Shown here piece after piece: positions 39,406 to 52,930 of a stretch of DNA of 64,000 nt (its first letter is position 1; each line of letters begins with the position of its first letter). A program made the translations under genes and the position numbers. This DNA is from Octopus sinensis. Its lineage: Eukaryota. The stretch lies in NCBI RefSeq assembly GCF_006345805.1, contig NC_042997.1:197408001-197472000 (forward strand), read 5' to 3'. The notes under the pieces are model-generated. The model did no database searches. It was not told where the DNA came from and saw nothing but the letters and a program-made list of their open reading frames with translations.

Positions 39406-40049
39406 TTGAATAATAATAACTTGTTTCAGTCATTTGACTGCGGCCATGCTGGAGCACCACCTTTAAGTCGAAGAAATCGACCCCAGGACTTATTCTTTGT
39501 AAGCCTAGTACTTATCTATCGGTCTCTTTTGCCGAACCAGGGACATAAACACACCAGCATCAGTTGTCAAGCGATGTTGGTGGGGACAAACACCGACACA
39601 CACACATATATACATATCATCATCATCATCATCGTTTAACGTCCGCTTTCCATGCTAGCATGGGCATATATGTATATATATGTATATATACATATATATA
39701 TGTATATATGTGTATATATATACATATATATACGATGGGCTTCGTTCAGTTTCCATGTACCAAATCCACTGACAAAGCTTTGGTCGGCCCAAGGTGCCAC
39801 ACAGTGGGACTGAACCCAGAACCATGTGGTTGGCAAGCAAGCTACTTACCACACAGCCACTCCTTATATTTTCTACAGCGACATACCTACACAAGTGTGT
39901 CCTTCCATTGCATTTGTTTCCTCATAACTTTCAGAAAAGTGAGTGTGATTTTTTTTTAAATGAAGTTTTCAATAAATACTAAAACATATTTTATGTAAAA
40001 CCACACTTTTATTATTAATATTGTGATTGGAAAAGATTCTATTTTTCTG

Positions 40050-40817
40050 GCGAGAATGGATGAAAATAGCTGTGTGAAAAAGTGCCACACCCTAGCGGTT
40101 GAGGGAACCTGTGGAAGAGGTAGACCCAGGAAGACCTGGGATGAGGTGGTGAAGCACGACTTTCAAACATTAGGCCTCACCAAGGCAATGACTAGTGACC
40201 AAGACCTTTGGAAATATGCTGTGCTTGAGAAGACCCAGCAAGCCAAGTGAGACCATAACCCATGGCCTATGCCAGGGGTGTAACCAGCCCACTTAAGCAT
40301 ACCTTTCCTTCATTGGACACTAAACCCTGCTTGTGAAGACCTGTTGAGGCAAGTGAAATCGAAATTGAAATCAAATTCAATGACTAGCATCCATGCTAGA
40401 GGAGCACTTAGAGTACCATCCGAGTGTGATCATTGCCAGAGCAGCTTCCTAGCCGGTGGCACGTAAAAAGCACCATTTGAGCGTGATCATTACCAGCGTC
40501 ACCTTACTGGCACATGAAAAAACATTCGAGTGAGGTCGTTGCCAGTTCTGCTGGACTGGCCCCTGTGCCGGTGGCACATAAAAAAACACCATTTGAGTGT
40601 GACCGTTGCCAGTACCACCTGACAAGCCCTTGTGCCTTTGGCACATAAAAGCACCCACTACACTCTCGGAGTGGTTGGCATTAGGAAGGGCATCAAGCTG
40701 TAGAAACTCTGCAAGATCAGATTGGAGCCTGGTGCAGCCATCTGGTTCGCCAGTCCTCAGTCAAATCGTCCAACCCATGCTAGCATGGAAAGCAGATGTG
40801 AAACGATGATGATGATG
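40050..40817 (+). mobile_element. RTE LINE 3' end (ORF C-terminus plus full 3'UTR)
   Basis: RMDENSCVKKC...GRGRPRKTWDEVVKHD...* followed by the minisatellite UTR and (GAT)n. Confidence 0.88.
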
Positions 40818-40819
40818 TA

Positions 40820-41070
40820 TTCCTGTCCATAACAGCTTTATAAATACAGATGCTGTTTCTGTTTTATGAATTCCAACTTAAACTAGAAGAGTTCTATAGC
40901 CTGGAATAATTTGCAAAATAAAGGAAAAGCACAAATATATGAAAACATATAATTTTATTGTTGTTATGTCTCTGTTATATTTTTTTACATCTTCTTTATT
41001 GTAGTTTGTTAAACATGAACTTATTGAATTCTTTAATCCTACCTTGGGATTTCTGCAAAAAAAAATAAAG
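40820..41070 (-). pseudogene. Paralogous gene-like segment, copy 2 (micro-exon 40882-40900, donor mutated)
   Basis: Homologous to 61200-61430. Acceptor TTCCAG is kept; donor reads TTAAGT. Confidence 0.5.
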
Positions 41071-41989
41071 AAATAAAATGTTGACAGTTGCAGACAGGTT
41101 GATAGTCTAAGATTGGCTAAAATAGCAGGTAACAAAATATACTACAATAAAAATGGAAAGCACCACCTATTTCTCCCTTCTCAACACTACAGCTCAGCAC
41201 AGAATGCATTTTAAACCTTTTAGTGCCAAAAGTGCCATTGTGTCACTCGGGAATACAACAAAGATAAACTTCCATTATTAGATATTTTTCAAAAAAGAGT
41301 CATTAACCAAATGGAAACTGGTATTTATTATAAACCCATAGACTCAAAGTAATACCTATTCTTTAGTTCATGTCACTTGAAAAAACACTAAAAGATTCTT
41401 TTTAATTTAGCAAAATGGGTTTCCACAGTTGTCTCTGATGAAAATACCCATGCCTTATGCCTTTGCAAACTTCAAACCTTGCTCATCCACAGATATTATT
41501 CACTATCACTAATTGATGATGGCATAAAACATGCGAAGACAATTGATATTCAGACAGTAAGGGACGTAAAACCGAATAACACACCTAATTTGAAACTTAT
41601 TTTATATATATATATATACGAGCAAAACGCCTCCCGTTCAATGGACAGTGCTGAGTTGTCAAGCATTTAAACCAAATTTTCTCAAAACAACTTGTCCGAC
41701 TGTCCCATAGGCCTCCCCTTTTAGAAACACTGATTTAACCTAAATTTGAGACAGTGTGCATTTTTCTCGTGTACGCGTAGTATCGATCGCAACAACTGAT
41801 GTACTTGCATGTACAAATGCACGTTCCCACGGCTTTATCTATCGCATTCTCACCTGGAATTGATTTTTGTAATTTTTTCAAGACTTATACATGCCCTGAT
41901 ACCGTCGGAATCTACATATCAAGTTTGAGCGCAATCGGATGGAGGATTCCCGAGATCCTAGAAGACACACACACAGACAGAACGGATTT

Positions 41990-42029
<40 letters not shown>

Positions 42030-45000
42030 CAATAGAAACAATGAGGTTTATAATAGTCAAAATAATAAGATTCAAAATAATGAATGACTTGTGCATCAGA
42101 AAACCTGATCTGTACTATAACATGTTTAAGCTATGGATAGAACTATACAAGACAAATAGGAATGACATTAAGACAGAGAACAAAACTACATAGAGAACAA
42201 ATTTGCTTCTCATAATGTAGACAAGGAGTGGAGGCACATGGCCTAGTGGTTAGAGGCGCAGACTCGCGGTTGAGAGATTGTGGGTTTGAATCTCAGACCG
42301 GGCATTGTATGTGTTTATGAGTGAAACACCCTAAACTCCATGTGGCTCTGGCTAAAGGTAATGGCGAACTTCTGCTGATTTTTTTGCCACAACTTTCTCT
42401 CACTCTTTCCTCCTGCATCTTGGAGCTCACCTGCATCCAGTCCAGGTGGGGAACCTATATACCAAGGAAATGGGAAACTGGCCCTAATGAGCCAGGGATA
42501 GCTCAAGAAGGAACAAGAATGCAGACCAAGACCATTCAGTGACCACATAAATAGATGTGTGGGAAATCTCCAGCCAGACTTCAAAATAGTTCATTCATAT
42601 CAATGCAGTAGAACAGTTTCTGAACAACAGGTAAATAAAATGACTATTTTCATTAAAAAATATCAACAACCATGCTTAAAGATAAGCATGAATCTATTTT
42701 GATTATTGCTTGACACACAATCAATTAATTCCATCTTAATTATCAATGAAGAAATCCAGAGTAAAGGTAGACCCAGACATGGTATGAGGTGGTGAAGCAT
42801 GACCTACGAACGTTGGGCCTCACAGAGGCAATGATGAAAGACTGAGACCTCTGGAGATATGCTGTGACTGCGAAGACCCGGCAAAGAAAGTGAGTTCACA
42901 GCTGTAACCTACACCAGTGTCACATAACAAGCCCCAGCCCACTCAAAAGTACCTTGGACTGTAGGGTGACATGCTGTACTAGGGCAACATGCTGTGCTTG
43001 AGGAGATCTATTGAGTCACATGAATCAAAATCAAATGGAAATTATAGTTGTGACCCCCGTGCTGGTGGCATATAAAAAGCACCATCCGAATGTGGCTGAT
43101 GCCAGTGCCACCTTGACTGGCTTCCGTGCTGCTGTCACATAAAAAGCATCAACTGATCATGGTCATTGCCAGCCTCCTCTGGCCCCTGTGCTGGTGGCAT
43201 TCAAAAAGCACTCACTACACTCGTGGAGTTGTTGGCGTTAGGAAGGGCATCCAGCTGTAGAGACACTGCCAGATCAGATTGGAGCCTGGTGCAGCCACCT
43301 GGCTTCCCAGACCCCAGTCGAACCATCCAACCCATGCCAGCATGGAAAACAGATGTTAAACGATGATGATGACGATGATGTAAGTATTTATATGTATGTA
43401 TGTAACTAATCACAAAATATTTTATAATTATATATTTTATAATCTATACATATAAATTTGACATGGGCAATTCTGTCTTGTCTTGGGATTCACTGTCAAA
43501 CGGCTGGGTGGAATTACACGAAAAATTACACCGATGTATAGAATGATCCAGTGGTGTTGCTGGGCTTTGTATTTTTTCATAGCTCCCATGGTTACTGAGA
43601 TAATCTACTATAATAATACTCTTGAATTTATGAATGAGAGGAAGAGGTGATGTCAAATTTATATATATATATATATATAATATATATATATATATAACAA
43701 TAGAAACAATGAGGTTTATAATAGTCAAAATAATAAGATTCAAAATAATGAATGACTTGTGCATCAGAAAACCTGATCTGTACTATAACATGTTTAAGCT
43801 ATGGATAGAACTATACAAGACAAATAGGAATGACATTAAGACAGAGAACAAAACTACATAGAGAACAAATTTGCTTCTCATAATGTAGACAAGGAGTGGA
43901 GGCACATGGCCTAGTGGTTAGAGGCGCAGACTCGCGGTTGAGAGATTGTGGGTTTGAATCTCAGACCGGGCATTGTATGTGTTTATGAGTGAAACACCCT
44001 AAACTCCATGTGGCTCTGGCTAAAGGTAATGGCGAACTTCTGCTGATTTTTTTGCCACAACTTTCTCTCACTCTTTCCTCCTGCATCTTGGAGCTCACCT
44101 GCATCCAGTCCAGGTGGGGAACCTATATACCAAGGAAATGGGAAACTGGCCCTAATGAGCCAGGGATAGCTCAAGAAGGAACAAGAATGCAGACCAAGAC
44201 CATTCAGTGACCACATAAATAGATGTGTGGGAAATCTCCAGCCAGACTTCAAAATAGTTCATTCATATCAATGCAGTAGAACAGTTTCTGAACAACAGGT
44301 AAATAAAATGACTATTTTCATTAAAAAATATCAACAACCATGCTTAAAGATAAGCATGAAATCTATTTTGATTATTGCTTGACACACAATCAATTAATTC
44401 CATCTTAATTATCAATGAAGAAATCCAGAGTAAAGGTAGACCCAGACATGGTATGAGGTGGTGAAGCATGACCTACGAACGTTGGGCCTCACAGAGGCAA
44501 TGATGAAAGACTGAGACCTCTGGAGATATGCTGTGACTGCGAAGACCCGGCAAAGAAAGTGAGTTCACAGCTGTAACCTACACCAGTGTCACATAACAAG
44601 CCCCAGCCCACTCAAAAGTACCTTGGACTGTAGGGTGACATGCTGTACTAGGGCAACATGCTGTGCTTGAGGAGATCTATTGAGTCACATGAATCAAAAT
44701 CAAATGGAAATTATAGTTGTGACCCCCGTGCTGGTGGCATATAAAAAGCACCATCCGAATGTGGCTGATGCCAGTGCCACCTTGACTGGCTTCCGTGCTG
44801 CTGTCACATAAAAAGCATCAACTGATCATGGTCATTGCCAGCCTCCTCTGGCCCCTGTGCTGGTGGCATTCAAAAAGCACTCACTACACTCGTGGAGTTG
44901 TTGGCGTTAGGAAGGGCATCCAGCTGTAGAGACACTGCCAGATCAGATTGGAGCCTGGTGCAGCCACCTGGCTTCCCAGACCCCAGTCGAACCATCCAAC

Positions 45001-45346
45001 CCATGCCAGCATGGAAAACAGATGTTAAACGATGATGATGACGATGATGTAAGTATTTATATGTATGTATGTAACTAATCACAAAATATTTTATAATTAT
45101 ATATTTTATAATCTATACATATAATTTGACATGGGCAATTCTGTCTTGTCTTGGGATTCACTGTCAAACGGCTGGGTGGAATTACACGAAAAATTACACC
45201 GATGTATAGAATGATCCAGTGGTGTTGCTGGGCTTTGTATTTTTTCATAGCTCCCATGGTTACTGAGATAATCTACTATAATAATACTCTTGAATTTATG
45301 AATGAGAGGAAGAGGTGATGTCAAATTTATATATATATATATATAT
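41990..45346. repeat. Tandem duplication, unit about 1.67 kb
   Basis: Identical ORF pairs at offset 1668-1669; bounded by (TA)n; contains a SINE B head and an RTE 3' end. Confidence 0.93.
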
Positions 45347-45812
45347 AGTGTATTTTGGTTTCATATATACTTCCATTTTTATGTGTGGATTTATTTTTTC
45401 AGGGTTTCAACTCTGTGTGAATGTGTATGTAAAAGGGAGGGCGTATGTGAATGTGTGTGTGTGTGTGTGCATGCGTGTGTAAGTGTTTGGTGAAACCCTC
45501 CGGTTACTACAGCTATTGGCAACTTAACACTTCTATCAATTTGGGCTTTTTCTTTTTTTGTCAATTTGTTTTCTTAAAATACTTTGGTTTTCTTTTTTTA
45601 ACTTTTACTTTTGGTGTTTGAATACAAAAAGGAGGTTAAATATTTAGAAAGCAGCAGGTTTTGCAGCAACATCAATGAAACTACCCGGGTGAAACCAGGA
45701 AAAACAGCTAGTTATATATAATTGTATGTAACTAATTTACATATAATTAATTCCCTTCTTACAAAAAGTGCGGCATTACCTCCATTGCTTCTAATAATTC
45801 TGGGGTTTTTTA

Positions 45813-46188
45813 GGCGTAGGAGTGGCTGTGTGGTAAGTAGCTTGTTTACCAATCACATGGTTCCGGGTTCAGTCCCACTGCATGGCACCTTGGGTAAGTG
45901 TCTTCTACTGTAGCCTCGGGTCGACCAAAGCCTTTTGAGTGGATTTGGTAGACGGAAACGGAAAGAAGCCCGTCATATATATGTATATATATATGTATGT
46001 GTGTTTGTCCCCCCCAACATCGCTTGACAACCGATGCTGGTGTGTTTACTTCCCCGTAACTTAGCGGTTCGGCAAAATAGACCGATAGAATAAGTACTAG
46101 GCTTACAAAGAATAAGTCCTGGGGTCTATGTGCACGACTAAAGGCGGTGCTCCAGCATGGCCGCAGTCAAATGACTGAAACAAAAGAG
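45813..46188 (+). mobile_element. tRNA-derived SINE family A
   Basis: Full family A copy. Confidence 0.9.
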
Positions 46189-46478
46189 TATAAAAGTATG
46201 TATCCATATTCATATTTCTAAATTTCAACTGATGTAAGGGAGATAACTATTTAGGATTGTTTCCCCTTATCTGTATATTTCTTTGGTTATTCCAAAACGC
46301 CACGTAATGGAGAATGAATTAGGAAAATCCTTCAAAAGGTGAAATAAATATACAGTTTGACACGCCTATAGTTTATATGTTTGCCAACGTGAAAATCGAA
46401 AATGACGGCCAATTTCTAAGATGGCGTCCAGCATTAAAAATTAATAATTGCGATAAACAGGAAATAACTTTATTATAA

Positions 46479-46853
46479 CTAGCAGTATCATCCGGCGTTG
46501 CTCGGGTTTGTTTCGACCCTTTAGGATTGGAATTTTTGAAAAGTAAAAATTTTGCATTATGTAGCTTTAAGTGAATATTTTCTGGTTGGAATACACTGAA
46601 AAATGGCGACACAGCAGTCAAAAAATTTAAAAAATAGGGATTTTCATAGAAAAACTGCACCTTTTTGATGTAAATAATTTTTGGTGTTAACATGGTCTGA
46701 TTTGAATTTTTTCTTCTACGGAAGGAAGAGCAAGCTTTCTTCTATCATACTCTCAATTTTGGTCAACTTGCACCTCAGGGTCTCGGAGGAGATAGTGTTA
46801 GTTGAAGGCTACCAAACCTGCCATACACAGACAACTTCAGCTTTATATATAGA
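46479..46853 (-). mobile_element. Non-autonomous Helitron (different internal sequence)
   Basis: Same 3' end as the other Helitrons (CTAGCAGTATC..CCGGCGTTGCTCGGG on the plus strand); 5' TC-TATATAAAG. Confidence 0.65.
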
Positions 46854-47173
46854 GAGAGATAAACGTTATTTATTATGCAATATTTTACACAAATAGCCCT
46901 ATATTTACCTTTTGATGGATTTTTCTACTATCTTCTTCACTAATTCAGGTTAATCAAATGTATGTACAGGAACAAAGGGAAGTACAAGGGAGGGCTGACT
47001 GCTTGCATGTGCAACCTCTTGCACACTCAGTTTTGCATTGGCACTTCTTAACTGTTTGACATTGTTCTGCCAAGGCTCTTAGTTCTGTCCAGTGAATGTG
47101 CAATCGTCATTATTCCCCCCACCCCAGGCGATAGGTGATTGCAGTGCTGGCATGAACATAGACGTGGCACCAA

Positions 47174-47335
47174 TATACAAATATTAGAGGACTGTTACAA
47201 CTCAGTAACAGAACTAAAATTACCTTCCTGAGAGACCTTGTGGCGTGCAATCAGGCCTTTTGCATAGCACTCACCGAAATGCACCTAAAATCCGACATTG
47301 CAGGTGCAGAAATACACATGCCAAACTATGTTGCG
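47174..47335 (+). mobile_element. LINE AP-endonuclease N-terminal fragment (CR1-like)
   Basis: NIRGLLQLSNRTKITFLRDL...IALTEMHLKSDIAGAEIHMPNY. Confidence 0.7.
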
Positions 47336-47758
47336 ACAGAAAAGACAGAAACCGTGATTGAGTTTCACACCCCAGAGCCCTTTGTGGAGTTGCACGCCCC
47401 AGATCTGTTTTGGAGTTGCACGCACCTCAGAACTGCATTAGGGGCAATGCAATTTATAGTGGCGCTGGCAGCCACACTTACAATGCAATTTATAGTGACG
47501 CAGGCAGCCACACTTACAAGCTTACAAGACAAGAAACTCAAAAGAGGGTAGCTATGTCAACCTCCCTCTCTCAGCAAAAGCCAATTACATAACATTGGCC
47601 ACTGAAAAGGTGATGAGGCTGGTGCATTTGGGCGGAAATGTATAAAAGAATGTGTGTGCGTGCGTGTGTGTGTACGTGTTTGTGTGCATGTACACACATA
47701 TAATAAATAATATGGGTGAGATAGGTTGGTAGATAGATAGATACATACATACATTAGA

Positions 47759-47990
47759 CATACATACATACATACATGTATGTATGTATGTATGTATGTA
47801 TGTATGTATGTATGTATGTATGTATGTATGTATGTATGTATGTATGTATGTATGTATGTATGTATGTATGTATGCATGCATACATACATACATACATACA
47901 TACATACATACATACATACATACATACATACATACATGCATGCATGCATGCATGCATACATACACATACATACATACACATACATACATA
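47759..47990. repeat. (TACA)n/(TGTA)n inverted microsatellite
   Basis: (TGTA)~24, TGCATGCA, (TACA)~14. Confidence 0.95.
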
Positions 47991-48854
47991 CATGGCGGCT
48001 GCCCCCTCGTTATCGAGTATGGCCATTGCACGAAGCTTAATCAATGTTGTTATCGTGCAATGCCTGTGCAAGAAGATTTTTTTTAAGTGAGGAAAGGCTG
48101 TGCACAGAGTCAATCCCACTCACTAAGCAACAGCAGTTGAACAAGTCAACATCATCGGTAACCACTGAGCCGCAGGTTTTATGTCGGAGTTATCCCAGTT
48201 ACCTGAGTTACCTTCTCGTAGAAGGATGCCCTAACAAAGGTTAGGAGTCCTTCACTCCCAATGGTTTAATCGCGCGATAGGGTTTTCAGTCCGATTATTT
48301 CTATGTCCCCGCGCATGATACATCCTTAAAACATTTATTGGATGGCCGTTGACTCTCAAGAGTTCCTCCGCCTTTGACGGGTTTTGTTTTTCATCCAGCA
48401 GGGTGTCCAATAAACACCCTCCTCATCAAGCAAGCTTGGTGGTGTTGCCAGTGTAGCAATATCGTTTCCCTCATTGCTATCTTCACTGTTTGAGAAGAGT
48501 ATTAAGAATGATCTCGTTTGAGATTGCAAACATCTTTGGCTAGTTCAACGTTGTTGTAACCACTAACTTGATTGGTTGACATGTGACACGAGTGGTCTCT
48601 ACTACGTTCGCACCGCTGGTTGTCACGTGACGCGATTTGCCTCCGCTTATTTTCGCGCCATTTGTTTTTAGTCGCCGACGACAGCGTGAACAAATGAGAA
48701 CTATTCTCGATGCGTGGGAGATTAGTGGGCTCTTTTCATTTCCAAGGCCTGTTTTTTCAGATTTTTCCTACTTAACCAAACAATTTGACGAAGTTTCAAA
48801 TTATTTAGTTAACTAGAAAAATCTGACAATCAGGCCTTTAAAGTGAAAAGATCC

Positions 48855-50240
48855 TGTCACTATCCAATTACGGAGTGGCTTCGAACAGCATGCAGCTATG
48901 TCAAGAGACGAGCGCACGGAGCAAGATTGGGAAACAGCAGGAGAGAGGACGGTGGCAATGATGCAGGAGGTCCCCGAGAAGGTAAGAGCAGAAGACACAA
49001 TAAAAGGAAGCTGGGATGTGCTCAAATTGGAGAACGGGATAATGGGATGCGATGCTAGCAGCATAGCGATTAGGGTTGTCCTGGAAATCAGGGATGTCGA
49101 AGTGGAGGATGCAGCTTGGCTCAGAAAAAAACAGATGATTAAACCACACAAACGTGACTGAATTGGATGCCGTGCTGAAGGGAGTGAATCTGGCCCTGAG
49201 ATGGGGGTTGCACACTACTGAAATCCGAACTGATTTGATTGCTGTGCTTGGATAACTGATGAAAGGGGGGTTTGAACAAAAGGGACTGCAGAGATGTTTA
49301 GTAAAGCGGCTCCTAGGCGTTCTGGGAGAGCTAGCTGTCGAATTTGGTTTGAAGCTGAGCATGGGCTTTGTGGGCTCAGAAAGGAATAAGGCAAACATTC
49401 TAACCAGGGTGGTAAAAACCTGTTTGGTGGTGCGGGAAGATTCGAAGCGGGGAGACAGCTGCAGTGTGTCGACTAGGTGACTAAGAACTAAAGCGACTGC
49501 AACATATGGGCGTGGATAGAACCCTGTATCTTGCCAAGAAGGTTAACTCCGATGTTACTAGACAGAGCATTCAAAAAGTGGTCGGGAGCTCTGACAGGTA
49601 TCAATCCATTGACCCTACTCCGGCTGTGCACGAGTCGGGAAACATCTCAGTAGAGCACAACTGGTGACGGTTAGCAGTGGATTTGACATATCTCTTGATG
49701 ACCGATTGCAGATCGGGTCAGATGGTGATATAGATAGAAACTAAGACGGGCGCTGCAGACGAGGGCGCACGAATCCTGAACGAGATATTCTTGGAGCGAG
49801 GCCCTTTGGGCGAATCATAGATTCGTTAGGAGGTGCTGAAGGAGATGCTAGACAAGTGGAATGTGCACCGCTTCTTCAGAGAGGTATACAGGCCGAGTGG
49901 AAATGGGATCTTGAAAAGACACCATCGCAGAACTAAGGCCTTGGTGGAGCGGGGACGCATCTCACCATAGGAAGTGGTATTTTGATACAATGTCACGCAC
50001 AGAGTGATATTCAGGTATGGATGGTGACACCTGTGTACAGCATCACAGCACCCTGTGGAAGAGATAGAGGAGCGAGAGAAAGAGAGAGAGGGGGTCTGTC
50101 TTCATGCAGGTAAGAGATGAAGTCAGGGTCAAGCCCCCAAAGGCACGCCGCACACCTCAGTGGAACAGAGGGACAGTGACGGCTGTCAATTCCAAAAATA
50201 ATGTCTCTGTGGATGGAATGTCGCATCATGACTTGGATGT
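48855..50240 (+). mobile_element. Ty3/Gypsy-like LTR retrotransposon pol fragment (RNase H plus integrase), degenerate
   Basis: CDASSIAI..VEDAAWLRKK, ELDAVLKGVNLAL, NKANILTRV (RNase H); HMGVDRTL...QSIDP, RLAVD, RPSGNGILKRHHR (integrase); many stops and frameshifts. Confidence 0.8.
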
Positions 50241-50244
50241 TCGC

Positions 50245-50560
50245 AGAATTACAGATTCGCTCGGCAGTTGTACTCTTCTCGAACGCGACAGCAGGTGTTC
50301 GACATAAGCCCAGAGCTCACTGACCTTGGGGCATTGCACAATCGCGTGCAGGACAGTTTCGCTGTCCTGCTCGCATCTTGCACAAACCGGCGAAGGCTCA
50401 CACCCATGTCTAAAGAGCTTATCTCGAAATGGTAAAGCTCCTCTGTAACATTGGCAGGCCAGGGACTTTTGGTAATTATCCATAGGCCCCAGGCCGAATG
50501 TTCTTTGGAACAGGTTGGCCAGTTGATCTTCGTCGACGCCTAGGATTTCTCCCAGGAAGT
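50245..50560 (-). mobile_element. L1/Tx1-clade LINE zf-RVT fragment
   Basis: RGALPFRDKL...CARCEQDSETVLHAIVQCPKVSELW (CCHC zinc knuckle). Confidence 0.8.
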
Positions 50561-50839
50561 CGTTTCATTTTGAAAGCCAGATTTTTCAGATTTTTCTAGT
50601 TAACTAAATAATTTGAAACTTCGTATACTGGTAGAATGTGTCAAAAGAAAACAATAATTTCAACTAGTTTTTTTGACAAAAATGTATTTTATAAGTTTAA
50701 ACGTAGTTTAAATCTGCGAATTTTAACCAATCGTATTGTCTGTTTTCATTTAAAATTATTAGCTGCATAGTGTTACTGTGACGTAGACAGCTATTTTGTG
50801 AGTGGGTAAGCAGTAAGCAAACAGCTGTGGTAGATGTGG

Positions 50840-51195
50840 TTATCATGGCAGTGGTGGTGGTGTAGTGTTGACAGTGGATGTGTATGATGGCAGCAATTAT
50901 AGTGTTGGTGTTTTTGTAGAGGTGGTGGTGGCGGCAGTGGATGATGATAATAATGATGATGATAGTAGTAGTAGCATTGATTATGTTAGGATGTCTCATG
51001 GATGGTAGTGTTGAAGACATTGCAGAGTGTAGTGGTGGTGAAATTGGTGATTTTGAATATGATGCTGGTATTGATCTTGGGGTTGTGGTTGCAGAAGATG
51101 GTTGTGGTAGTGGTGTTGGGGGTTGTAGTAATGGTTGTAGTGTGGTTGTGAAGATGATTCTGATATTGATAGTCTTTGCATTGAGGTGGTGGCAG
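50840..51195. repeat. Degenerate (GGT/GAT/GTA)n low-complexity tract
   Basis: Trinucleotide-rich GT-biased sequence. Confidence 0.75.
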
Positions 51196-51439
51196 AGTCA
51201 GAGTAAATAATAAGAGCCCAGTTAACACAAGATTCTTAAATTTCGGAGATCATAAGATAGAGAGCAAGAAGTTAAAAGTTCCAATACTGGCCCAATTCCT
51301 ACACCCCAGATTCTTCAACTATTTTATAAGAAAGAGGTTAATGGCAGGATAGGGATTCAGCTTAAAAATAAATTGTATAACAAAAAATACATAAATAAAT
51401 TACTGCTCCAACGATGTAATTTTAGTATGTGTGTATGTA

Positions 51440-51486
<47 letters not shown>

Positions 51487-51583
51487 GCAATGCAAACAAT
51501 GGAAAATAATTAAAACACTCATTTTATATATACTAAGACTTTCAAAAAGAATTTAGCTATTTAGGATCTGCACAAATTTTATA

Positions 51584-52930
51584 GGATCTTTTCAGTTTGA
51601 AAGCCAGATTTTCCTAGTTAACTAAACAATTTGAAACTTCGTATAATGGTAGAATGTGTCAAAAGAAAACATAAATGTAAACCAAAATGAAAACGGAATT
51701 GTAATTTCTAAGTTTAAAGTTGTTTAATAATTCGAATTTTAACCAATGATATTCTTTCTTTCGACTTCATATCATTTACTGCCTCTCAAAATATTGTTAC
51801 TGTGGCGTAAACAGCTATTTTGGACGTAGTTAACGTAAACATGTAAATAGCTAAAATGTAAACATCCGCTTATCGTAACTAAACACTTTCAAACTTCGTG
51901 GAGTATATATAAAATGGATCTTTTCCTTTTGATAGCCAGATTTCAACACAATTTCTAGTTAACTAAACACTTTAAAACTTCGTATACTGGTAGAATGTGT
52001 CAAAAGAAAACATAAATGTAAACCAAAATGAAAACGGAATTGTAATTTCTAAGTTTAAAGTTGTTTAATAATTCGAATTTTAACCAATGATATTCTTTCT
52101 TTCGACTTCATATCATTTACTGCCTCTCAAAATATTGTTACTGTGGCGTAAACAGCTATTTTGGACGTAGTTAACGTAAACATGTAAATAGCTAAAATGT
52201 AAACATCCGCTTATCGTAACTAAACACTTTCAAACTTCGTGGAGTATATATAAAATGGATCTTTTCCTTTTGATAGCCAGATTTCAACACAATTTCTAGT
52301 TAACTAAACACTTTAAAACTTCGTATACTGGTAGAATGTGTCAAAAGAAAACATTATTTTCACTTGGCTTTCTTGAGAAAATTGTAATTTGTTCGTTTAA
52401 CGTAGTTTAATTTTTCGAATTTTTACCAATCCTGTGATCTCTTTTGAGCTGAAATCATTTGCTGCGTCTGGTTTTACCTGCACAGTGAACAGGTGTGGTC
52501 TCCGTTCGTCAAGCTGTTATTTCCACAGTTCACATCGTTTACCAAACTGAACTCATGGATCAAGTGTAGACCGAGGTTGGGCGTGTGGCATGCAGAGTGC
52601 CATCAGACACTCGTGCTTCTCTCCCAGTCGGACAACCTCGTTCATCTATAGAGGGTTAGTAGAGTTCAAACAGCTTGACGAACGGAGACCACACCTGTTC
52701 ACTGTGCAGGTAAAACTAGACGCAGCAAATGATTTCAGCTCAAAAGAGATCATAGGATTGGTAAAAATTCGAAAAATTAAACTACGTTAAACGAACAAAT
52801 TACAATTTTCTCAAGAAAGCCAAGTGAAAATAATGTTTTCTTTTGACACATTCTACCAGTATACGAAGTTTTAAAGTGTTTAGTTAACTAGAAATTGTGT
52901 TGAAATCTGGCTATCAAAAGGAAAAGACCC
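51584..52930. mobile_element. Long-TIR (foldback-like) MITE 52257-52930 preceded by stacked left-end copies
   Basis: About 260-bp TIRs (52257-52518 / 52669-52930); GGATCTTTT ends also at 51584 and 51916 (341-bp period between 51916 and 52257). Confidence 0.85.

Noticed and set aside
48790-50623. Inverted 38-bp repeats seeming to capture the Gypsy/Tx1 fragments (Pack-type element)
   Set aside because: The repeats are the right end of one MITE and the left end of another, so they do not enclose the cargo as a single element.
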